A stretch of DNA of 64,000 nucleotides from NCBI GenBank assembly GCA_035458525.1, contig DATHZQ010000014.1:2860-66859 (forward strand), in the 5' to 3' direction. The notes under the pieces were generated by a model, which saw only the letters and a list, made by a program, of their open reading frames with translations, was not told where the DNA came from and did not search any database. Below, piece after piece: positions 15,943 to 26,611 of this stretch (position 1 is its first letter; every line of letters starts with the position of its first letter). The translations under genes were made by a program, and so were the position numbers. This DNA is from Acidimicrobiia bacterium (lineage in GTDB: Bacteria; Actinomycetota; Acidimicrobiia; Spongiisociales; UBA5794).

Positions 15943-18351
15943 GTGCGAGAAGAGGCGCGGTGCGTCATCGTCGGCGGTGGCGCCATGGGGGTGGGGCTGC
16001 TCTACCACCTGGCCCACGAGGGCTGGACCGACACGATCCTGGTCGAGAAGGACGAATTGACCTCAGGGTCCACGTGGCACGCCGCAGGTCTGGTGCCGCA
16101 CTTCATCGGCAGCCTCAACACCGCCAAGGTTCACGCGTACGCGTCGGAGCTCTACGAGAAGCTCGAAGCCGAGACCGGCCTGCACACCGGCTGGCACGGC
16201 TGCGGCGCGGTGCGCCTCGCAAGAACGCCCGACGAAGTCGACTGGTTTCGCTACGTCCACGGCATCCTGCAACTCGTCGGCGTCGAATCGCACCTCGTCG
16301 GTCACGGCGAGATCAACGAGCTGCACCCGTTGCTCGACCTGGACGGCGTCGCCATGGGGCTTCACACCCCCGGTGACGGATGGACCGACCCGACGGCCGC
16401 GACGAACGCGATGGCCGCCGGAGCCCGCCAGCTCGGCGCCGAGGTCTCGCGCCACAATCGCGTGCTCGACATGAACCAGTTGCCGGACAAGCGCTGGGAG
16501 GTCATCACGGAGAAGGGCCGCATCGTCGCCGAGCACGTCGTCAACGCCGCCGGCAGCTACGGCCCGCAGCTCGGCGCCATGGTCGGGCTGGACGTGCCGA
16601 TCGCCAACGTGATCCATCAGTACATCGTCACCGAGGCGATCCCCGAGGTGGCGGCGCTCTCGACCGAGCTTCCCGTCGTGCGGGATCCGCGGGCGTCGTG
16701 TTACTACCGCCAGGAGCACGACGGCCTCATCATCGGGCCGTACGAGACCGAGGGCTCGAAGCCGTACGCTCTCGACGGCATCGACTGGGATCTCACCTTT
16801 CACCTCACCCCGCCCGAGATCGAGCGACTGCTGCCCTGGCTCGAGCTCGCCGGTCAGCGCATACCCGCGTTCCAGGAGGCCGGGATCAAGAAGGTCGTGA
16901 GCGGGCCGATCACCCACACGCCGGACGCCGGCTACCTCATGGGTCCGGCGCCCGGGCTGCAGAACTACTGGATGTGTGTCGGTGCTTCCATCGGCGTCAC
17001 TCAGGGCCCCGGGGCCGGGAAGTACCTCGCTCAGTGGATGGTGCACGGCCAAACCGAGATCAACGTCCACGAGATGGACCCGCGCCGCTTCGGTGACTAC
17101 GCCCCGGGCGACTACACGCTCGCCAAGTCGCTGGACGAATACCACGAGATGTACCAGGTGCGGATGCCGGGGGAGTACCGCGCCGCAGGGCGTCCGCTGC
17201 GGCAGACGCCGCTGTACGACACGCTCGATGCCAAGGGTGCCCAGTGGCAGGAGGTCTACGGCTGGGAGCGGGTGCAGTACTTCTCGCCAGACGGGTCGCC
17301 GGAGGTGTACTCATTCCGCCGCGGTTCGGCCTTCGAGCCAGTCGGCGAGGAAGTACGGGCCGTGCGCGACCGGGTCGGTGTCGCCGACCTGACGGCGTTC
17401 TCCAAGTACCAGGTGACGGGTGCGGGGGCGGCGGCGTTGCTCGACCGGCTCGCCGCCAACCGGCTTCCGGCCCGGGACGGTGGCATCCGGCTCGTGCACA
17501 TGCTGACGGAGAAGGGTGGCATCGAGTCGGAGCTGACCATCACCCGCCTCGGTGCGGACCGGTTCTACTTGAACAGCGCCATCGTGGCCGAGCAGCACGA
17601 TCTCGACTGGATGCAGTTCGCCGGTGGCGCCGACGTGAAGATCGACGACGTCACCAACGAGATGGGCATCCTCGCCGTGACGGGTCCGCGAGCTCGCGAC
17701 GTCCTCGCCGGTCTCGCCGATGCCGACCTGTCCAACGAGGCGTTTCGCTGGCTGACGGGGCAGGAGATCACGGTGGCCGGTGTGCCCTGCATCGCACTGC
17801 GCGTGTCCTACGTGGGGGAGCTGGGGTGGGAGCTCCACCATCCGCTCGACCGCATGCTCGGTCTCTATACCGCGATCCAGGAGGCGGGTGAGCCCCACGG
17901 CCTCGTCGACTTCGGCAGCCGGGCGATGAACGTCATGCGCATCGAGAAGGGGTACAAGGCCTGGGGCAACGAGCTCACCACCGAGATCACCCCGGTCGAG
18001 GCGGGCATCGAGCGCTTCGTCGACTACGGCAAGGACTTCGTGGGCAAGGCAGCAACTCTGGACCGCAAGGGCGAGCCGCTGCAGTGGATGTGCGTCTACG
18101 GCGAGCTCGATGCGGCCGACGCCGACTGCCGTGGCAACGAGCCGGTGTACGCCGGTGACACGCTGATGGGGATCACGACCAGCGGCGCCTACGGCCACTC
18201 CGTCGGCAAGAGCCTCTTCTTCGCATACGTAGCGCCCGAGCACGCCACCCCCGGCTCCACGTTCGCGATCCGCGTGATGGACGAAGCCCGCACCGGCACC
18301 GTCCTCGCCGAAGCGGCATGGGATCCGCGCAACGAGAGGCTCCGGGTCTGA
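15943..18351 (+). CDS. Dimethylglycine/sarcosine oxidase- or dehydrogenase-like FAD enzyme fused to a GcvT-type tetrahydrofolate-binding domain (paralogue 1)
   Basis: GTG 15943 preceded by GGAGGAG (VREEARCVIVGGGAMGVGLLYHLA... DAO fold). C-terminal aminomethyltransferase-like part (FSKYQVTGAGAAALLDRLAANRLP...[13 protein letters not shown]). About 802 aa. Confidence 0.85.
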   Translation: MREEARCVIVGGGAMGVGLLYHLAHEGWTDTILVEKDELTSGSTWHAAGLVPHFIGSLNTAKVHAYASELYEKLEAETGLHTGWHGCGAVRLARTPDEVDWFRYVHGILQLVGVESHLVGHGEINELHPLLDLDGVAMGLHTPGDGWTDPTAATNAMAAGARQLGAEVSRHNRVLDMNQLPDKRWEVITEKGRIVAEHVVNAAGSYGPQLGAMVGLDVPIANVIHQYIVTEAIPEVAALSTELPVVRDPRASCYYRQEHDGLIIGPYETEGSKPYALDGIDWDLTFHLTPPEIERLLPWLELAGQRIPAFQEAGIKKVVSGPITHTPDAGYLMGPAPGLQNYWMCVGASIGVTQGPGAGKYLAQWMVHGQTEINVHEMDPRRFGDYAPGDYTLAKSLDEYHEMYQVRMPGEYRAAGRPLRQTPLYDTLDAKGAQWQEVYGWERVQYFSPDGSPEVYSFRRGSAFEPVGEEVRAVRDRVGVADLTAFSKYQVTGAGAAALLDRLAANRLPARDGGIRLVHMLTEKGGIESELTITRLGADRFYLNSAIVAEQHDLDWMQFAGGADVKIDDVTNEMGILAVTGPRARDVLAGLADADLSNEAFRWLTGQEITVAGVPCIALRVSYVGELGWELHHPLDRMLGLYTAIQEAGEPHGLVDFGSRAMNVMRIEKGYKAWGNELTTEITPVEAGIERFVDYGKDFVGKAATLDRKGEPLQWMCVYGELDAADADCRGNEPVYAGDTLMGITTSGAYGHSVGKSLFFAYVAPEHATPGSTFAIRVMDEARTGTVLAEAAWDPRNERLRV

Positions 18352-19916
18352 TGGCGGCTCCGGAGCGGCGGCGGAGCGGAGGAAGATCCGCTCGGATCGC
18401 AGCTCGCAGCGCAGGGGTGCCCGATGAGGAGCGGGCGGTGCGGCCGGGGCAGCTCGGTGGCGCCTACCAGCCGCTCACCGACGCCGACTGTGTCCGGGTC
18501 TACGAGACGGCGTTGACGCTGCTCGAAGAGCTCGGCATGGGCGACCCGATCCCTGAGTTCATCGAAGCCGTAACGTCCGCCGGCGGCTTCCTCGACGAGA
18601 ACGATCGGCTGCGCTACCCACGCCACGTCGTCGAGCAGGCCATCGAGACCGCGGCGAAGTCGTGGGTGTGGCACGGCATCGACGAGGACCGGAGCATCGA
18701 GCTGTCCGACCGTAAGGTGCATTTCGGCACGGCCGGCGCCGCCGTGCTGATGCTCGACCACGAGACCCAGCGCTTCCGCCGTTCGACCACCGCAGACCTG
18801 TTCGATCTGGCCCGCCTCGCCGATACCCTCGACAACATTCATTTCTTCGCAAGGCCGGTGGTGACCGGCGACGCCGAGACTTCGCGCGAGCTCGACGCCA
18901 ACACGGCCTACGCCACGATGGCGGGCACGACGAAGCCGATCGGCACGTCGTACTTCCGGCCCGAACACGTCTACGAGTCCGTCGAGATGTTCGACCTCGT
19001 GCTCGGTGGCGAAGGCGAATTCAGACGGCGACCGATCGTGTGCGCCAACAACACCTTCGTGGTGCCGCCGCTGCGTTTCTCCATCGACTCGGCGGAATGC
19101 ATGGTCGCCCAGGTGCGGACCGGTATGCCGATCAACCTGCTCTCGGCCGGGCAGGCCGGGGCGACCTCCCCGGCGGCGCTGGCCGGATCGCTGGCGCAAT
19201 CGCTCGCCGAGTGTCTTGCTGCGTTGACTTCGGTGAACTTGCTGTCGCCGGGGCATCCCTGCGTCATGGGTTTGTGGCCGTTCGTGTCCGATCTGCGTAC
19301 CGGGGCGATGAGCGGCGGCAGCGGGGAAGAAGCAGTGCTCGCAGCTGGTGCAGCGCAGGTCGCCAACTGGCTTGGTCTGCCGTCCGGGGTGCCCGCGGGC
19401 ATGGCCGACTCCAAGGTCGCCGATGCCCAGGCGGGTCACGAGAAGGGCCTGACGGTGGCGCTGGCGGCCAACGCCGGCGCCAACCTCGTCTACGAATCCG
19501 CAGGGATGCTGGCGTCGTTGCTTGCCTGTTCGCTCGAGATGATGGTGATCGACAACGACTTGCTCGGTGCGGTGAACCGCACCGTCCGTGGCATCGACGT
19601 CACGGACGACTCGCTCGCTGCCGAAGTGATTGCCGACGTCGTGGCTGGTGCCGGTCACTTCCTCGGGCATGAGCAGACCCTCAATCTGATGCAGCGTGAA
19701 TACCTCTATCCGGAGGTCGGGGATCGCCTCAGCCCTGACGATTGGGTCGATGCGGGAGCGACGACGGTGGCCGAAAGGGCGCGGCATCGCGTCGAGACCA
19801 CGCTCGCCAGTCACTACCCGCGCCACCTCAGCCCTGCGGTCGACGCCAGGATCCGCGAGCGGCTGCCGATACTGCTCGACCCGGAAGCCCTCACGGGAGC
19901 AGACCGACGATGGTGA
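18351..19916 (+). CDS. MttB-superfamily methyltransferase, non-pyrrolysine member (quaternary-amine:corrinoid methyltransferase-like)
   Basis: ATG 18351 overlaps the upstream stop (TGATG). N-terminus [16 protein letters not shown]...[28 protein letters not shown], and the ~520-aa length are typical of MttB/MtgB-family proteins. There is no in-frame TAG. Confidence 0.8.
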   Translation: MAAPERRRSGGRSARIAARSAGVPDEERAVRPGQLGGAYQPLTDADCVRVYETALTLLEELGMGDPIPEFIEAVTSAGGFLDENDRLRYPRHVVEQAIETAAKSWVWHGIDEDRSIELSDRKVHFGTAGAAVLMLDHETQRFRRSTTADLFDLARLADTLDNIHFFARPVVTGDAETSRELDANTAYATMAGTTKPIGTSYFRPEHVYESVEMFDLVLGGEGEFRRRPIVCANNTFVVPPLRFSIDSAECMVAQVRTGMPINLLSAGQAGATSPAALAGSLAQSLAECLAALTSVNLLSPGHPCVMGLWPFVSDLRTGAMSGGSGEEAVLAAGAAQVANWLGLPSGVPAGMADSKVADAQAGHEKGLTVALAANAGANLVYESAGMLASLLACSLEMMVIDNDLLGAVNRTVRGIDVTDDSLAAEVIADVVAGAGHFLGHEQTLNLMQREYLYPEVGDRLSPDDWVDAGATTVAERARHRVETTLASHYPRHLSPAVDARIRERLPILLDPEALTGADRRW

Positions 19917-22351
19917 CGCAGTTGCCGGAGAGGGCAGAAGTGGTCGTCGTCGGCGGCGGCATCGTGGGCTGCAGCATTGCCTACCACCTCGCCAGACGCG
20001 ACGTGACCGACGTGCTGCTCCTCGAACAGGGTCAGCTCACTGGCGGCACCACATGGCATGCCGCCGGACTGGTGAGCCAGCTCAAGTCGTCTCACTCGCT
20101 CACTCGCCTCGCCACCTACTCGGCTCGTCTGTTCGAGTCGCTGGAAGAAGAGACGGGTCAGGCCACCGGCTACCGAACCCCGGGGTCGATCTCCGTTGCC
20201 AGCGATCTGGAGCGGTGGGAAGAGATCATGCGCGGCCTGTCGATGGCTCGCACCGTCGGGGTCGACATGTGGGAGATCTCGCTCGACGAGGCCAAGGAGC
20301 GCTTCCCGCTACTCAACACGGACGATCTCGTCGGAGCCGCCTACATCCCGCGCGACGGCCAGACCAGCCCGGTCGACACCACGATGGCGCTCGCCAAGGG
20401 CGCCAAGGATCGTGGCGTGCGCATCGTCGAAGGCGTGGCGGTCACCGAGCTCCGCACCGTCGACGGCCGCATCGTGGGTGTCGAGACCGAGGCTGGCTAT
20501 GTCGAGGCGGAGACTGTCGTACTCGCCGCCGGGATGTGGACCCGGCAGCTCGCAGCGACGGCCGGTGTCAACGTGCCATTGCAGGCCTGCGAGCACTTCT
20601 ACATCGTCACCGAGCCGATCGACGGCATCGAGCTCGGACTGCCCACGGTCCGCGACCCGACGAACTACACCTACTTCAAGGAGGAGACCGGCAAGGTCAT
20701 GGCCGGGTTCTTCGAACCCCGCGGCAAGGTGTGGAAGCTCGACGGCATCCCCCGCGACTTCACATTCGGGACGCTGCCCGAGGACTGGGATCACGTCGGC
20801 CCGATCTTCGAGCGCGCCATCCATCGGGTGCCGGCGCTGGCGGACGCCGGGATTCAGCTGTTCTTCAACGGGCCGGAGGCCTTTACGCCTGACGGGGTCT
20901 ACTACCTCGGCGAGTCGCCGGAGGTGGATCGTTGCTTCATCGCCGCCGGGTTCAACTCCGTCGGCATCCAGTCGGCAGGGGGAGTCGGCTGGGTTCTCGC
21001 CGACTGGGTCATCGACGGTCATCCGCCCATGGATCTCTGGCCGGTCGACATCCGCCGCACCTTCCCGTTCCAGAGCGATCCGGACTATCTGGAAGCGCGC
21101 ATCTCCGAGAGCCTCGGGCTGCTGTATGCCATGCACTGGCCGTTCCACCAATACGAAACGGCGCGCAATGTGCGCAGGTCACCGCTGCACGATCGACTCG
21201 AGGCGGCTGGTGCGGTCTTCGGTGAGACGGCCGGCTGGGAGCGGCCCAACTGGTTCGCCGAACCCGGCCAGGAGCGCCGCTATGAGTACTCCTATGGGAA
21301 GCAGAACTGGTTCGAAGCGTCCGGCCGTGAGTGCGACGCCGTGCGGCACCACGTCGGGCTCTTCGATCAAGCCAGCTTCGCCAAGTTCGACGTGCGAGGC
21401 CCCGATGCGATGGCGGCGCTCAACCGGATGTGTGGCAACGACATCGACACCGAGATCGGCAAAGTCGTCTACACCCAATGGCTCAACGAGCGGGGCGGCA
21501 TCGAGGCCGACCTGACCGTGACCCGCCGTGCCGAGGACCGCTTCCTCGTCGTCACCAGCGCTGCTACGGCGACGCGCGACTGGGCGTGGTTGCGGCGCCA
21601 TGTGCGCGATCGGAGTGTGGCGATCGAGGACGTCACGGATGCGATGCCGACCATTGGGGTGATGGGGCCGCGATCTCGAGAGTTGCTGGCCGGGCTGACG
21701 GACACCGATCTCAGCAACGAGGCCTTTGCGTTCGGCACTGCCCGGGAGCTCGAGATCGCAGGCAGGCGTGTGCTGGCGCTCCGGGTCAGCTACGTCGGCG
21801 AGCTGGGCTGGGAGCTGAACGTCGCTCCCGAAGATGCGGTCGCGCTCTACGACGCCATCGTTGCGGCCGGCGACGAACATGGGCTGCGCCACGCCGGGTA
21901 TCACGCCATGAACACCCTGCGGCTCGAGTCTGGATATCGGCATTTCGGCCACGACATCACCGATGAGGACACGCCTCTCGAGGGAGGACTGTCGTTTGCG
22001 GTGGCGTGGGCCAAGCCGGGGGGCTTCATCGGGCGGGAGGCATTGCTGGCACAGCGAGACCTGCCACGGACAAAGCGTCTCGTCCAGTTCCGCCTCGACG
22101 ACACGGACCGGCTGCTGTACCACGACGAACCCATCTATGCCGACGGCGAGCTCGTAGGTCGAACGTCTTCGGGTATGTGGAGCTACGTCGAGAGACGCCC
22201 GCTGGCGATGGGATACCTCAGTCGCACCGAGGGTGTCACCAAGGAATGGGTCGCCGACGCGTCCTTCGAAATCGAGGTAGCCGGAGAGCGGATCCCGGCG
22301 GCGGCGCAATTGGGTTCGTTCCACCCTGCGCGTGCCCGAACGCACATGTGA
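19910..22351 (+). CDS. Dimethylglycine/sarcosine oxidase- or dehydrogenase-like FAD enzyme fused to a GcvT-type domain (paralogue 2)
   Basis: ATG 19910 overlaps the mttB-like stop (ATGGTGA). [28 protein letters not shown]...TWHAAGLV. C-terminal GcvT-like part ([24 protein letters not shown]...[13 protein letters not shown]). 813 aa. Confidence 0.85.
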   Translation: MVTQLPERAEVVVVGGGIVGCSIAYHLARRDVTDVLLLEQGQLTGGTTWHAAGLVSQLKSSHSLTRLATYSARLFESLEEETGQATGYRTPGSISVASDLERWEEIMRGLSMARTVGVDMWEISLDEAKERFPLLNTDDLVGAAYIPRDGQTSPVDTTMALAKGAKDRGVRIVEGVAVTELRTVDGRIVGVETEAGYVEAETVVLAAGMWTRQLAATAGVNVPLQACEHFYIVTEPIDGIELGLPTVRDPTNYTYFKEETGKVMAGFFEPRGKVWKLDGIPRDFTFGTLPEDWDHVGPIFERAIHRVPALADAGIQLFFNGPEAFTPDGVYYLGESPEVDRCFIAAGFNSVGIQSAGGVGWVLADWVIDGHPPMDLWPVDIRRTFPFQSDPDYLEARISESLGLLYAMHWPFHQYETARNVRRSPLHDRLEAAGAVFGETAGWERPNWFAEPGQERRYEYSYGKQNWFEASGRECDAVRHHVGLFDQASFAKFDVRGPDAMAALNRMCGNDIDTEIGKVVYTQWLNERGGIEADLTVTRRAEDRFLVVTSAATATRDWAWLRRHVRDRSVAIEDVTDAMPTIGVMGPRSRELLAGLTDTDLSNEAFAFGTARELEIAGRRVLALRVSYVGELGWELNVAPEDAVALYDAIVAAGDEHGLRHAGYHAMNTLRLESGYRHFGHDITDEDTPLEGGLSFAVAWAKPGGFIGREALLAQRDLPRTKRLVQFRLDDTDRLLYHDEPIYADGELVGRTSSGMWSYVERRPLAMGYLSRTEGVTKEWVADASFEIEVAGERIPAAAQLGSFHPARARTHM

Positions 22352-22501
22352 CAACGCTTCGAGTGGTGCGCCCGGGTCGGCATCCAGACCGGGCTGCTGA
22401 GGGCGAAGTAGCGGGCGTGAGGCATGCCATGCAGGTCGATCCGGAGCGTCAGGTGTCGAGCCCCGATCTCCTTCCGGTTCGCGTCTTCGCCTGGGATACC
22501 T

Positions 22502-24403
22502 CTACGCGTCGACGAGATCTGCTGGGCTGGGGTTCGATTTGATGCGCTCGATCCGGTAGTGGGAGTCCGGCTGGTCGAGGTAGGAAGGACGAAATGGGGG
22601 CGGCTCGAGCACTTGCCGACGCTGCAGCTCTTCGATCACCGACGTATGCACTGTGGCGATCTTGCCCACGAAGAGGGTGTCGAGACGGCCTCCTCTGGCC
22701 AAATAGTCGATCACCGCCTGGAGGCCCCGAAGGTATACGGCATCCTTTGTCAGACCCCCGCCGCGGAACACTCGCATCGTGATCAAGAAGGCCATTCGCT
22801 CCGAGATGCCAAAACCATCCTTGAGGAGCCGAAACGTTTCGACGAATGTGGCACCGTCGACTAACGCGCCAACAGCCTCGACCCTTGCTGCAAGAGTCCG
22901 CAGTCTGCCCGCCGTGAGCCCTCCAACCAGGTACTCCACGAACACCGCGAGACCTTCTTGCAGCTCATCGTGGCCGGCGAGGCCGGTTGCCAGAAGCTTG
23001 AACGGCTGGGCCCTCCCGTTCCAGTACGTCACCACATGCGTGCCGATCTCGTGCTGAATCAGGGGCTCCACGCGATTGAGCTGGAAAGACATGTTGGCGC
23101 CGATGATCAGATTGCCTGATGAGACCATCAACGACGAGATGTCCTTGTCGACGATGATTCGTCCGTTCATCTCTGCCGATGGGTGACGCAGTCGCTCGAA
23201 CTCCTCCTGTGCACGAGCGATGAATTCTCCGACGCTCACGGTTCGTTGAGTTCTGCCACCGATCCCCGTCGGCACCTTCTCGAGAATGTCGAGCGCCGCC
23301 GCCCTCAGGTCGCCGCTGAGGCGACCGTAGAGCCCCATGCTCGTGTGAAGGAAGCGTTCGCGTTCACGTTCTGCCAGGAGGCTGAGCTTCAAGTCGAGTT
23401 CTCGTCGCTTGTCGCGGAATAGCTGATCGAGGACAGGGTCCTCAACGCGTTCGATCTTGATGTCCCACAGCCTGCGCTTCGCCAGCTCCGGATCGACAAC
23501 CAACGGGCGATAGTGGAATCGGGGTGCTTTTTCGAACTTCGATCGTCGGAACGTCCGGTATGCGGCCTCGGCGTTCACCGGTGTGACCGCCATGAGGAGA
23601 TCGAAGGACTCGGCGACAGCGGTCAGCTGTTGGTCGACTCGCTTTGCGTCCGCTACGAAGGTGCGGCGACCGAGCGCGTGGTAGTGCAGCGAGCGATCGT
23701 TGGTCTTGGTTTGGGCAAATTGAAATGCGCCCCGTTGCATAGAGCGGGCAGTCAGTCGCGCCAGGGTGCGCGCAACCAGGGGCAGCACGTCACCGGTGTC
23801 GGGGTCGATGTAGATCGGATTGACGTCGATTCCGACCACGGTGGTGTCGAGATCCTCTCTCGCCTTTTGGGGAAGCAGCTGAGGGAGGCCTGGTCGGCCG
23901 ATCTTGGTTGCGGGTACCTGCTCGACGACGGCTCGCTGTTTCATGATCGATATACGTTCCAGCGATGATGCGAGCCTTGTGACGGTGGCGGAGTTTCGAT
24001 CCGCCTTTTCGTGGTGCAGCATGAACCTGGGCTTGGCCGCGGCCGCTGCCGAGTTGCCGTCCCTATCGACTTCGGCGCTCGGCCAGAGCTCGATGATGAG
24101 GAACGCACCGAATCCCTTCGACAGCTCCCGTGCGATAGCGGCGACCAGTCGGCTCGTCCATGCTCTCGACGCCTTCGGAGTCGGGGCGATCAGATACGAG
24201 GCCCCCCCGGTGAGGATCGCGGAGAACCGAGAGCTCGCCTCTTCCGGCGAAGGCCGATACACCAGCAGGAACGGAAGTCGCCGATCGATGTTCAACAAGC
24301 CGTCGCCTGGCAACGTGTCACGAATCGGTCGATCGCGACGCAGACGATCGATGACCGAGTTGATGAGTTCCTGGTCCAAGCTCAGAGTCGTTGGACTCGC
24401 CAT
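22502..24403 (-). CDS. DUF1704 / QEGLA-motif protein (MATCAP-type putative metallo-carboxypeptidase family)
   Basis: Start ATG 24403 with GGGAGAG upstream (MASPTTLSLDQELINSVIDRL...). Contains HEIGTH (HExxH) and the family-defining ...HDELQEGLAVFVEYL... motif. 633 aa. Confidence 0.8.
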   Translation of the reverse strand: MASPTTLSLDQELINSVIDRLRRDRPIRDTLPGDGLLNIDRRLPFLLVYRPSPEEASSRFSAILTGGASYLIAPTPKASRAWTSRLVAAIARELSKGFGAFLIIELWPSAEVDRDGNSAAAAAKPRFMLHHEKADRNSATVTRLASSLERISIMKQRAVVEQVPATKIGRPGLPQLLPQKAREDLDTTVVGIDVNPIYIDPDTGDVLPLVARTLARLTARSMQRGAFQFAQTKTNDRSLHYHALGRRTFVADAKRVDQQLTAVAESFDLLMAVTPVNAEAAYRTFRRSKFEKAPRFHYRPLVVDPELAKRRLWDIKIERVEDPVLDQLFRDKRRELDLKLSLLAERERERFLHTSMGLYGRLSGDLRAAALDILEKVPTGIGGRTQRTVSVGEFIARAQEEFERLRHPSAEMNGRIIVDKDISSLMVSSGNLIIGANMSFQLNRVEPLIQHEIGTHVVTYWNGRAQPFKLLATGLAGHDELQEGLAVFVEYLVGGLTAGRLRTLAARVEAVGALVDGATFVETFRLLKDGFGISERMAFLITMRVFRGGGLTKDAVYLRGLQAVIDYLARGGRLDTLFVGKIATVHTSVIEELQRRQVLEPPPFRPSYLDQPDSHYRIERIKSNPSPADLVDA

Positions 24404-24616
24404 GCACTCTCCCGTGGGCCGGTGAATCAGGGGAGGCCGCACAGACTTCTTCGCCCTCGAGGTAAAGGGCGTCCCTCGGCGCCGTCGTGTAGACACTATC
24501 CGACCCGGGGCCAATGTCCGCGTACCTCGCGGGAAAGTAGGCTACTTCGCATGGGCTCGGGCGGGTCTTGGACCGGGGCCCCGGCACCCGCGATCGGCAG
24601 GAAGCAGGGAGAAAGT

Positions 24617-25660
24617 ATGCGTGTCGGCTTCGTTGTCAACGACATCAAGACCGAGGAGACCGGGTACACGACAACCCGCCTCGGCGTCGCCTTGACGAAC
24701 CGCGGCCACGAAGCGTGGGTGATCAGCGTGGGCGATCTCGCCTACGACCCTGATGAACACGTGCGTGCCAACGCCGCGCGGGTACCGAAGCCCCGGTACA
24801 AGGACGGCGTCGGGTACATGCGAGACCTCCTCGGCAAGTCGGCGATCAAGGAGCGAATCACCGTCGACGACTTGGACGTCCTCTTTCTCCGGAACGTACC
24901 GTCTGACGAGAAGGGAAGGCGCGAGTGGGCCAAGACCGCGGCACTGGATTTTGGCCGCGTTGCGATGCGTCATGGGGTCATCGTGCTCAACGATCCCAAT
25001 GGACTGGCGAAGGCCCACGACAAGATGTACTTCCAGCTCTTCCCCGAAGAGGTCCGGCCGACAACCTTGATCAGCAGGGACCATGCACTGATTCGGGAAT
25101 TCGTCAAGGACCAGGGTCGAGCAGTGTTGAAGCCGCTGCACGGATCCGGTGGCGAGAGCGTCTTCCTCGTGCGAGCGGATGATCCAGCCAATCTGAACCA
25201 GATGATCGATGCTGTGGCCCGGGACGGCTACATCATTGCCCAGGAGTACCTGCCGCACGCCGAAGAGGGCGATACTCGACTGTTCTTGATGAATGGCGAG
25301 CCGCTCCGCCACAAGGGACGCTATGCGGCGTTTCGCCGCATCCGCTCCGGCGGCGACATGCGCTCCAACCTCCACGCCGGAGGGAGGCTCGCCAAGGCGA
25401 CATTGACTGACGTCGATTTCACGCTGGCCGAGATCGTTCGACCGAAGTTGGTCCAGGACGGGATGTTTCTCGTGGGCATTGACATCGTTGGCGACAAGCT
25501 GATGGAGATCAACGTGTTCAGCCCGGGAGGGCTGGGCTCGTCGCAGAAGCTCGAAGGTGTCAACTTCAATGACGCCGTCGTCGATAGCTTGGAACGAAAA
25601 GTCGGCTACATGGGGTACTACAAGCGCAACTTCAACAACGTCGAAATGGCCACGCTGTGA
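24617..25660 (+). CDS. ATP-grasp ligase, prokaryotic glutathione-synthetase (GshB)-like
   Basis: ATG 24617 after GGGAGAAAG (MRVGFVVNDIKTEETGYTT...). GshB-like blocks: DKMYFQLFPEEVRPTTLIS, AVLKPLHGSGGESVFLV, IAQEYLP..EGDTRLFLMNGEP, MRSNLHAGG, FLVGIDIVGDKLMEINVFSPGG. Confidence 0.8.
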   Translation: MRVGFVVNDIKTEETGYTTTRLGVALTNRGHEAWVISVGDLAYDPDEHVRANAARVPKPRYKDGVGYMRDLLGKSAIKERITVDDLDVLFLRNVPSDEKGRREWAKTAALDFGRVAMRHGVIVLNDPNGLAKAHDKMYFQLFPEEVRPTTLISRDHALIREFVKDQGRAVLKPLHGSGGESVFLVRADDPANLNQMIDAVARDGYIIAQEYLPHAEEGDTRLFLMNGEPLRHKGRYAAFRRIRSGGDMRSNLHAGGRLAKATLTDVDFTLAEIVRPKLVQDGMFLVGIDIVGDKLMEINVFSPGGLGSSQKLEGVNFNDAVVDSLERKVGYMGYYKRNFNNVEMATL

Positions 25661-26436
25661 CCTCGCAGCCATGGAGCATTGCGATCGGCGATGACCCGAT
25701 CGTCGCAACGGCCATCCATGCCGGCCACGGCTTGAGACCCGAGGTTGCAGCACTCACCAAGTTGTCTGAGGCGCACCGCCTCAGAGAGGAGGATCCGTTC
25801 ACGGATCGATGGATCGGTGTGGCAGGGAACTCGATAGCCGTAACCGTCTCCCGCTTCGAGGTCGATCTCAACCGACCGCGCGAGAAGGCCGTCTATGTCA
25901 GGCCCGAGGATGCTTGGGGGCTCGATCTCTGGAACTCCGAGCCGAGCGCTGACTTCGTGGGGCGTTCACTCGAGATCTACGACAAGTTCTATGCGGAACT
26001 CGGACAGCTCTGCGACCGGGTGGTCGAGGCCCACGGCCATGTCGTGGTGCTCGACCTCCACTCATACAACCACCGACGCAATGGTGCCGATGCACCGGTG
26101 GATGACCCCGACTTGAATCCCGAAATCAATCTCGGTACCGAGTCGATTGCGACGAGTTGGGAACCGGTTGTCTCGGCCTTCGCAAAGACCGTGAGCGAAC
26201 TCCCGTTCTACGACGGCACGCTGGACGTGCGGACGAACGTGAGGTTCAGGGGAGGCAACATGCCCCGGTGGATCAACGCCCGATACAAGGACTCCGGGTG
26301 TTCGATCGCCATCGAGGTGAAGAAGATCTTCATGGACGAGTGGAGCGGCGCCCTCGACGAGGGAATTGCTGCATCGATCGGCAGCATCCTCCAGGCCGCA
26401 GCGGAATCGGTCGGGCAAGAGCTTCGAACCCGCTAG
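25657..26436 (+). CDS. N-formylglutamate amidohydrolase (FGase) family hydrolase
   Basis: GTG overlaps the upstream stop (GTGA). IVATAIHAGHGLRPEV...REEDPFTDRW...VSRFEVDLNRPREKAVY...LDLHSYNHRR is the FGase-fold metal/active-site pattern. Confidence 0.75.
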   Translation: MTSQPWSIAIGDDPIVATAIHAGHGLRPEVAALTKLSEAHRLREEDPFTDRWIGVAGNSIAVTVSRFEVDLNRPREKAVYVRPEDAWGLDLWNSEPSADFVGRSLEIYDKFYAELGQLCDRVVEAHGHVVVLDLHSYNHRRNGADAPVDDPDLNPEINLGTESIATSWEPVVSAFAKTVSELPFYDGTLDVRTNVRFRGGNMPRWINARYKDSGCSIAIEVKKIFMDEWSGALDEGIAASIGSILQAAAESVGQELRTR

Positions 26437-26611
26437 CAGTTGCACCAGGCGTTGGATTGGGAACTGGTCGCGGCGGACGCTCGCCTCGCTACTGCCCAGG
26501 GACCACGATGCAAGATTGGATCGTCCGATCCCGAGCACGCCGATTCGCAATCCTGTCGCGATGACGCACATTCCGTACCGTCCGCGATCGGCACGTCGAG
26601 GATCGGTTCGG

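Noticed and set aside
18189-19826. 545-aa minus-strand ORF antisense to the MttB-family gene
   Set aside because: Same reasoning: Arg/Gly/His-rich, no recognisable family, and it fully overlaps a well-supported plus-strand gene.
18351-19916. Possible pyrrolysine (in-frame TAG) in the MttB-family gene
   Set aside because: The ORF is uninterrupted from ATG 18351 to TGA 19916 with no internal TAG, and no pyl genes are visible. It is therefore a non-Pyl family member.
24572-24583. 12-nt self-complementary CCGGGGCCCCGG in the DUF1704 / ATP-grasp divergent region
   Set aside because: Such short G/C palindromes are expected by chance in DNA this GC-rich. There is no second copy and no flanking conservation to support an operator call.
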